DNA from: Mesotaenium endlicherianum
Lineage: Eukaryota
Direction: 5' to 3'
DNA: 44,045 bases
Assembly: GCA_009602735.1 (NCBI GenBank)
Contig: WELA01003597.1
Coordinates: 237,622-281,666 of the forward strand
Shown: piece after piece, positions 36,095 through 44,045 of the stretch
Layout of the letters: each line of letters opens with the position of its first letter
Numbering within the stretch: the stretch's first letter is position 1
The notes under the pieces: model-generated
What the model was told of the DNA's origin: nothing
Databases searched by the model: none
Seen by the model: the letters and a program-made list of their open reading frames with translations, nothing else
Made by a program: the position numbers and the translations under genes

Positions 36095-37501
36095 TCTCCG
36101 GGCGCGCTGCCTCTCGCCTAGCTTGATACGCTTGAGAGACACACACACACCGGAGGATACATGTACAGTCTTCATTGATTTGGACGACTGGGATGGGTAC
36201 CAGCTGTGCAGTTACGTCGTTACGATTCCACATGCCGGTCGGCCGGCTGCAGGGACAGCAAGAGCACACGTTGCGGCGTATGTATATATTGCCTGTAAAT
36301 ACAGGTGGGCGGCAGCAAATACTTGGCCTCGATTGGATGCACTCGAGGGGTGTGACGCGGACGGCAGCGATTGAGGTGAACGACCAGCTGCGTTCTTTTT
36401 GGGATATGATGGAGTCTAGGCGAGGCTTGCTCAGACTTTACATGCATTTGCTTTGGTTTGCCAGCTCCGAGTTGTACAGATAGCGGAGTGTATATAGTGG
36501 TGAGACGTGTACATGTTCACGGCCACTCTGTATCCCTGCATCTTTGTCTGGGGTGATAGCGTTATACGAGGTGCAGTGTATGTATATACCGAGAGCTGCA
36601 CGAAGATTTATAGTGTCCAATATATAAGCCATGGCACTTGTTTGCACACATGTATCTTTGTATAGAGTGGACTCAACATGTGGCAGCATAGAGACAGGTA
36701 CATTTGCTTCCATTTCTTTTTTATTTTTTCTTTGTCAGGATACTAGGGACACTCTCACAGGGGTCGACAGGGATCGATGTATCAGTTTTTTTTGAGACAA
36801 CTGAACATTTTTTGCTTGCCTATAGATTGCAACTGAAGGTAGTGTTTGAAAGTATCTCGTCCGCACAAACAATGTGTGCATATACATGCAGGCCGTGTCA
36901 TATTCAACCGCATGATTAAATCGTGATTGACACGGTAGTAAGTTTTGCAAGCATCTCTAGAGATTCTCCAAGTGGTCTTGCGCAGTACTTTGCTCTCGCA
37001 TCTCTAGGAGAGCTTATGGACTACCTACATTATACTATGCTAGTGCTGTGTGTTTGCAAGCAAGCAACAAAACTTTTGCATGCCACTATGTACCAATTCG
37101 TATTAACGCCGAGGTCAAAACAAAGCATCAATATTTCAAGCGTGTCTTGTTGAAATTCCAACAATACCAACAACAATTTTTGGCTGTAAGTGCTTCTGCA
37201 TTCATAAAGCACCTCATGCAGTTGGCAATGGCGTTGTCCCAGGACAATGTTGTGCAATCATGAGCAATGACCATGTTAATGTATATATGCAATGCTTCGA
37301 GCCTTTGAAACAGAAGTTGCTGTCTGACTGGACTCATCAAGCTGAAATGGAATCAGGCAGCCATGTCTGGTTACGGAAAGGATGCAAATAGAGTGGGTGT
37401 GATGATTTCTTCTTCCTCAAAAAATGGGGTCTTCAACGACCTTGTCGTACAATAATACTACAACACACTACTAAGGTGAGAGAAAGAATCACGCAAACCC
37501 C

Positions 37502-40500
37502 TCATCTTGTGGCAAAGGCGGCCGTGTTGACTACTTTTGGAACTACTGTGTACGCAAGTGGTATGCGGGGAGTCCCCGCCTCCTCTGCAGCCGCAGCAAA
37601 CGGAATTTCGAAGACGACTGCCTTGTACAGGCACACCTCGTCTTGCTGGCAGTAGTAGACCTGCGGTCACGGAGATAGCATAGGAGTACTACGAGTGAGA
37701 GTCGGCAGGTCACATGCGAAGGCCAAAGTCAAGCTCTCACGACTTCTTCCCCGAGAGACGAATCAAACATCAAACATTTGCAGACCGTTCTCTCTGGTGA
37801 TCAACTGCATGAATCTGGGAGTTGCTTCGCTAGGGGGGCTGCCCTCGCTCCTCACCGAGCGTGCTAAATCAAACAGGAGACAGCTCTGCGTGGCGGATGC
37901 ATGCACCCACCCACGCGCTTTCCCCTTACCTTGCAACTGACTCTCAGCACGGCGTCTCCTGCAGCGCCAGCTGGCCTCGAGAATCTCAACGAGGCCGTGG
38001 AGCTCAGGCCGTCCAGTGCCAGCTGGCCACTTGGCGGGTCCACGGAGACCGACTCGTCGGGATCCGCGTCGGCCTCATACCGGCTGACAGCTCCCTGTTT
38101 GCACACCAAGAAGTCGCAAATGTACATCGAAACTGGGGTCAGACCATATTTGTGCCCAGCAGGAGCAGAGAACTAGAGCCAACAGATAGCCAAGCTTCCG
38201 AGCAGCCTGAGCATGCAAGAGGTTTTTTGAGCCTGTCCACAGAAAGCAGCGGAAAAGCAGAACTGACGCGACCACTTAAAGAGTCGGCGCAAATCCAGCT
38301 GGCGCTGCTATAGAGACAAAGGCGTCGCTCGGACACGGCAGTCGAGAAGGGCTATCGTGCAGGTGCTGCTTCTTCGTCCGCGAGGGCCACCCGCCCGCCT
38401 TGCAGGCAACGCTCGCAGCCAACCACCAAAACGTACACCGATCTCACGGAGTACACTTGCACTCCAATAAAACGCCTCCAGAAGGCTGCATGAGGCATGC
38501 TCGTCCATACATGCACGAGGGGAAGGACGGGCAAGCATTTGCATGAATCACAAAGCTCAGGCACGGCATAAGGCTGCTGTGGAGCCGCTGCCCTGTGTGG
38601 GGGGACAATCTGGCACCTTGGTGTAGTGGTAGCCCTCGGGAATGTCGATGCGCACTTCCAGCGCGCCGCTAGATGCAGCCACAGGGGCCACCTTCACCAC
38701 ATCCGCCTCCTCTGTCTGGCGGCGCCGTAGCCGCTTGCGCGTGGCTGTGGGGGCCAGCTTGGGGGGAGGCGGGATCTGAGACAGGTCCAGCGTGGACAGG
38801 CTGTACCCGGCGCTGGGGTCCAGCACGCGGATGACGCTGTTGTTTGTGTCGGCGATGAAGATCTTGCCTGCCAGCTCAGCACCCCCACCCCCGTTCCCAA
38901 TCATTTTGAAGCTCAACTCCTCCCTTCCTCACTCAGACGCACAGATGCTCCTTCACAGAGGACTTGTACCCCAGGCAGCTTGCTCACGACGCGGCTGTTT
39001 TACTTGCATGTGGGTGCACATGAGCACGCGTGCTACTCCACCAATTGGCAGACACAAAATACCGTGCCCCCCCTTCCCTCCCCCTCGCCCCCTGCTGGCA
39101 CGCACACTCGAGAATACAGAGCAGGCAATTTCCTCTCCCCTGCGGAACAAACTGAAGAAGCAAGGCAGGACAACCTTTGCAGCTGTCAAGCGCATGCACG
39201 AGCAGAGGGTGGAGACAGTGCTTGGGTGGCCGAGACAATTTTACACAGCCGTGTGAGGGGAGCCACTCTCTCCCCAATCTTCCGCACATCCACACAAAAC
39301 ACCGGTTCAGAGGAGGAGGCAAGAGCAGCAGCCCCATCTCATCGCACCAACCTAGCACCCAGCCTTCGACGTCACACGCCTCCAAGTATCCCAAGAGCAG
39401 AGTCACGCCAGGTGGCAGGCACTGAAGAGCGCAACAGAGCAGCAGGGCGTGGGGATCTGACACGTGGCAATCCCTTACCATCTGGCCCCTGGGCGAGACC
39501 CGCCGGCTCCGACACCTGCATATCCCATAGACAATCCACACGCCCCCATCAACACCTTGCAGTCAAAGCATTTGCAGTAAGAGCACGTATGATTGAAGCA
39601 GCTGATTCCCACGCACACCTGAAACAAGTGTCCTGCATAGGAGGCTTGTCAGTCCTTGCCAGCAGAGCAGCAGGAGCCGAGGAGAGCAGAGGCAGAAGCA
39701 GCAGCAGCAGCAGCAGCAGCAGAAGAAGGAGGAGCAGGACAGGGAGGGGGGGGGGAGGAGGAGGAGGAGGAGTGATCGCCCCCAGAGAGCTAAAACACCA
39801 TGCAAATATAGCCGTCATCCGACAGCTTCACGCAGCAGTCCTCTGCTTTCCCTTTTCCTGGAGGCCGACATACATTATCTGCTTCTTCGAGAAATATATA
39901 CGCAAGTCACATGTGGGGGAATGTGTGGGGGAAATGTGCTCCCCGGAGCCGAGCCAGGGTCCTTGAAGGGCTGGCGTACCCTAGTGAGAGAGTGTGCACC
40001 ACAAGCAAAGTGCATGACCCTGGACAAGTCTATCTGGCCTGTCGAGCGAGGGGGTTGCCCAGCAGGCCACCCTCATCGAATCGCCAAATCATCAGCCTCA
40101 GATGAAACTACCGTCCGCACATCTTCCCATCAAAGTATCGTCCATGCATTCCAGCATCGCTCGGCAACGAGCTGCCACTTGTTTGTTCGCTTCACAACTT
40201 GCAAATCTCTTCCGCTTCTCCCTGATAATTTCTTGTTCCTCCCATGACAAGAGACAAAGCATTGAGAACTTTGCATCCCAGCAGTTTACACCCAGCGTTC
40301 AAGCAGCAGGGGCCTCTTCCCGCCCTGACCAGCTGGCTAGCTACGTCTGGTGGTCCCCACATCACTGGTCCACTGGGCAGGATACCATGAGTCCAACCAG
40401 GTCACCCACCCTCGTACATGAGTCAGCAACAATAGAGGACAACGAGTCGTCGACTGAGTGTATGGGAATGCGAGTTTCAGAGAGACCTGACTACAAATGC

Positions 40501-43053
40501 AAGCTCACCAGTCCTTGTGTGTTCACACCTGCTGCTTCGACGAGTTTCCCCCTCTCTTCTTAGTAGGATGCAATGTCGACACCCTTTCCTGCAACTACCC
40601 AAATAACTGGCAACCTATTCCCACGTACAACACGGAAAGGTAATTGATGAAGCACCACTACTACGCCAGCCCCTTCTTAGAATATAAACATACTAGGGCC
40701 CAGGTCTAACTGCAGAAGAGGCAAAAATTTGCCCCCTTCCCCCACGACATGCTATTGAACTGTCCTCTCTCTTTCTCTTCCCCTCCCCCCCCTTCTCCAC
40801 CAATCCCAGAAGTTAGTACGTATACAAACATATAATTCCAATTTTGAATTAACCTCCAGGAATGAATGAGGAGCATCCTAAATAGAGGAAGTGTCGTCAA
40901 GGCCAAACCTTTAGATTCATCCGGACATCGATCTTCATTTGCTCATTCACTGGCGTGTAGAGCTCCATCCAGTGTTCCTTCAGGGGGGTGTATCTATGTG
41001 CTGGCACAAAAACTTTCCTGAACTCCACCTTGTTCCCGTTCATTTGCCTGGCGGACAGAGGGCCGAAGTTTGGTTTGTCAGGTAAATCTGCATCAATCGC
41101 TTCGTGTTCNGAGGAGGCATCGCGGAACCCGGCCTTGCCAGAGCCAGCTACTGTCTTCACCTCCTTGGAGACGGGGTCCAGGCTCTTGATCTGCACATCC
41201 GTCCGTCCATCGCACAAGCAGGGCGCAGCGACACGCCGGCTCAACCTCCATGCCAATTCCTCCACTGGAAGCTATCGGCTCAAGGTATCAGACGAGCAAG
41301 CGCTCTCTTTGCATCTTCAAGGCCAGCCCGGTGCGTGTGCAAGCGCAACCGTGCGCCTGTGGGCGTGTATGTGTGTGTGTGTGTGTTTGTGTGTGTGAGG
41401 TATAGTAAGAGGGCTAAATATACATCTTCGCTTTCCTTTCCCTCCCCCGCTCCCTCTCCCTCTCCCCCTCTGGCCATGCGTGCCCCTGATGTGCGCGTGT
41501 CAGCGCCAGACCAATTGCAGCCACGTTAATCGGCAAGCAAGGCGGCCAGGGCATTTTAGAGGGAGGCCACAAGCAGCCATCCATGGAGCCGCAATGATGA
41601 CAAGGAGGGTTGGACGTCTTCCAAAGCCCAGAAGGCAGCCCTCCACGGCCCATCAGAAACAGGAGGCCCATGCGGCACTTGCACACGCGCGCGCCATTGC
41701 TTGCTTGCATGCATGTGTGTTTTTGTGCGTGCGTGCGCGTGCGCGGTCCATGCTTGCATGCGAGTGTGCGCGCGTGCAGGAGTATGTACAGCCCATGCCT
41801 GCGTGCGTGCGTGCGTGCGTGCGTGCTTACCCTGTGGTTGTACGAGTCTGCGATGTAAACTTTGCCGTCCGACGCGCACAGCACCCCCAGCGGATGCTGC
41901 AGCTGGGCGCTCGACCCCACCCCGTCCTTGTCTCCAAACTGCACGCAACGCCCCCCCCCTCACGCACATGTGTGAGAATGTCTGCGAAAGGGGGCAAGCC
42001 GGTGGTTGGGATTGCATGAAGCAGGAGCCGCAGCAGCAGCAGCAGTCGACTTGATGGGCCCTGCTGCAGCTTTGCCTATATGGACGCCCTTAAGATTAGC
42101 TCGCTGCACAGATAGCACGCAAGGAGGACCTGACGGCTGGGTGTGAAGGCATCTGACGCCCCCACCCGCATCTCCAAGGGCGTGCAACCGCAGACGCCCC
42201 ACCACCAAGGCAGCCGTGGCAGCACGCACACCCTCACCGGGCACAGCGATTCTTTAAGAAGGAGCCATACAATGCATGGATTTATGCATATCGACGCGCG
42301 CCCGCGTGCGCGCGTGTGTGTTTTGTGAGTTATGTCTGTGTGTATGCACGCGCACGCGTGCGTGTATGTGTGTGTGCGTATGTGCACGCGCACATGTGTG
42401 CTCATGCGTGCGAGCATGTTTCATAATTACCAACTCTTATCCATCCATAATCGCCGTCAACAGAGATCGCTGTTGCTTGCTGAGCCGGATGCTGCCACAT
42501 GCACCAGCACCGCGGCAGCAGCACAACAGCAGTCCGTCGCAAGGCCTATGTGGGCCCTCATAGCCTCAGCAGGTGATCACCCAGCAGAAGCAGCGCAGCA
42601 TGCATGCATGCACGCAGTAGGCCAGGGCAGCGGGGCTGGCGATGGGGACGAGGGGCGCCTACTTGGAACAGGTTCTCCGCAAAGAGGGGGTCTCCGCCGG
42701 CCAGGAGCCTCGAGCCGCCAGTTGTCAGGCTGACAGCCCTCACAGAGCTGCTCTCGCTGTCTGCGATGAGCATCTCCTGCCCATCTGCCAACGCACACAG
42801 GGCTCTGACAGGTGTCAGCACCTGGGACTGCCACGGCCACTTCACACGTAAGGATGACGACATCGGTGAGACGTATTAAAAAGCTCATCCTCGAAGAATG
42901 TTCCTTCCACGACAAGGCTGGCCCAAGCTTGCGCCCACTCGCGTAGTGCCTGGGCTCAGACCGAGGCGGCCATGGCAATCTCAATGGCGGTGGGAGGTTG
43001 ACAGGTGTGGCAGCTCTAGAGTCACATGGGCTGGCTGGCAGCAGATGCCGATG

Positions 43054-43118
<65 letters not shown>

Positions 43119-43119
43119 N

Positions 43120-43173
<54 letters not shown>

Positions 43174-43595
43174 AAAAAAGAGAGGCAGAGGGCCCCAGGG
43201 CGGAAAGGGAGAGGGAGGGGGGGAGGGGTACTCATGTACGTACCCGGTGTTAGCGATAGGCCCGACGGCTGTGCATACGATGTGTCCCCTCCCCTGCTCC
43301 ACACATGGCAGAATTTCATCCGTCAGCCGCGCGACCGCTTCTCTTGAGGCTATGCGGGGGTAGCAAGATAGTGAGGCAAGGAGGCAGGCAGACAGGGAGG
43401 GAGGACAGGGAGATGGGGAGAATGAGGTGGGACGCACGTCTTGCCGTTCTGGTTGCGCTCGTAGCCGTTGCCACTGAAGCTGCGCGTGGCGCCGGTGGCG
43501 AGGTCGTGGCTCCAGATCTGGTGCTGCCCCGCCATGGCCACGTACACCCTCCTCCCCGCGGGGTCGTACTCCACGTCCCACGGCGAGTTCAGCAC
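37502..43595 (-). CDS. SOQ1: SOQ1-like (SUPPRESSOR OF QUENCHING 1) NHL beta-propeller plus C-terminal domain; 3' part, gene continues past the window end
   Basis: Exons 43595-43438, 43293-43244, 42784-42663, 41938-41831, 41190-~41111 (broken at N), 39515-39479, 38867-38617, 38094-37930, 37660-37502 (TGA). NHL motifs: [78 protein letters not shown]. The C-terminal [14 protein letters not shown] resembles plant SOQ1. The HAD and Trx domains lie outside the window, so an NHLRC2-type paralogue is not formally excluded. Confidence 0.88.
40909..41109 (-). other. PNO1: Isolated PNO1/Dim2 (KH-domain 40S assembly factor) N-terminal coding exon inside the SOQ1 gene
   Basis: 67 codons: [67 protein letters not shown], followed by a GT donor. 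[31 protein letters not shown] is the PNO1 signature. It starts at the single N at 41110, and I found no downstream PNO1 exons. Confidence 0.85.
43054..43170 (+). repeat. (GA)n microsatellite in a SOQ1 intron; similar SSRs at ~708-750, 1335-1412, 18085-18170 (GT), 19866-19914 (CCT)
   Basis: Read directly from the sequence. Confidence 0.95.
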
Positions 43596-44045
43596 CTGCG
43601 CACGTAACGATGCACGCATGAACGCATGCACGCGTGCGTCTGACGCAAGCTTCTGCGACACCTCACACGAGCCAGATGTGCGATGCAGCTGTTGGCTCTG
43701 ACACTGGACGACGTGTTTGATGGTTGCCAAATGCTGACCCCCTGCTGACTGGCACAAGCACGCAGTGTGACGATCTCAGGCAACCCAAGAGGGTGGAATT
43801 AACAGCAGCCCACAGATTCTACTTGGTGGGCTGATGAGACAGCCAGCTGCTACCTTCGGGTTGCCAGCCGCCAGGGGAGGCCGGTGGCTTTTGCTGCTGA
43901 CAGCTCATCCCATCGTCCTCAGACGACAGCAGGGTGGTGTCACAGGGCACATCAGCCACACAATGGCCTCCCATGCGCTCGCATGCGGTGGACTGTCTGG
44001 AAGGCCGTCGGGCTCGTGCGAATTGGGGAAACGGGGGGGGGAAGG

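Noticed and set aside
38980..39966. 328-aa plus-strand ORF, and the 281-aa ORF at 5683-6528
   Set aside because: They are antisense or intronic read-through within SOQ1 and SurE in GC-rich DNA, with no recognisable domain beyond the true exons.
40897..41265. 122-aa ORF as a standalone novel NHL-KH fusion gene
   Set aside because: It consists of intron sequence, a SOQ1 exon and a PNO1 exon joined at an N; it is reported as a junction anomaly instead.

Overview
Eukaryotic, GC-rich, intron-rich draft genomic DNA with many N gaps, most of them at poly-G/poly-C or microsatellite runs. The proteins resemble land-plant homologues, so the source is probably a streptophyte alga (inference). I rebuilt spliced genes by hand from GT-AG boundaries and reading-frame continuity: a FIP1-like polyadenylation factor (minus, runs off the left edge), a complete 10-exon SurE-family nucleotidase (plus), a small unrecognised membrane protein (minus), a complete 6-exon methionine gamma-lyase (plus), and the 3' half of a SOQ1-like NHL protein (minus). 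A PNO1/Dim2 exon sits in frame inside SOQ1 at a single-N join. About 10-28 kb has no recognisable protein. It consists of diverged tandem duplications and short motif arrays, including an array of 58-bp palindromic repeats with 40-45 bp spacers whose arms show compensatory and G-U-compatible changes. Many introns have C-rich 5' ends and G-rich 3' ends with no polypyrimidine tract, which may point to structure-assisted splicing. Family assignments come from my recognition of motifs; no database search was run.
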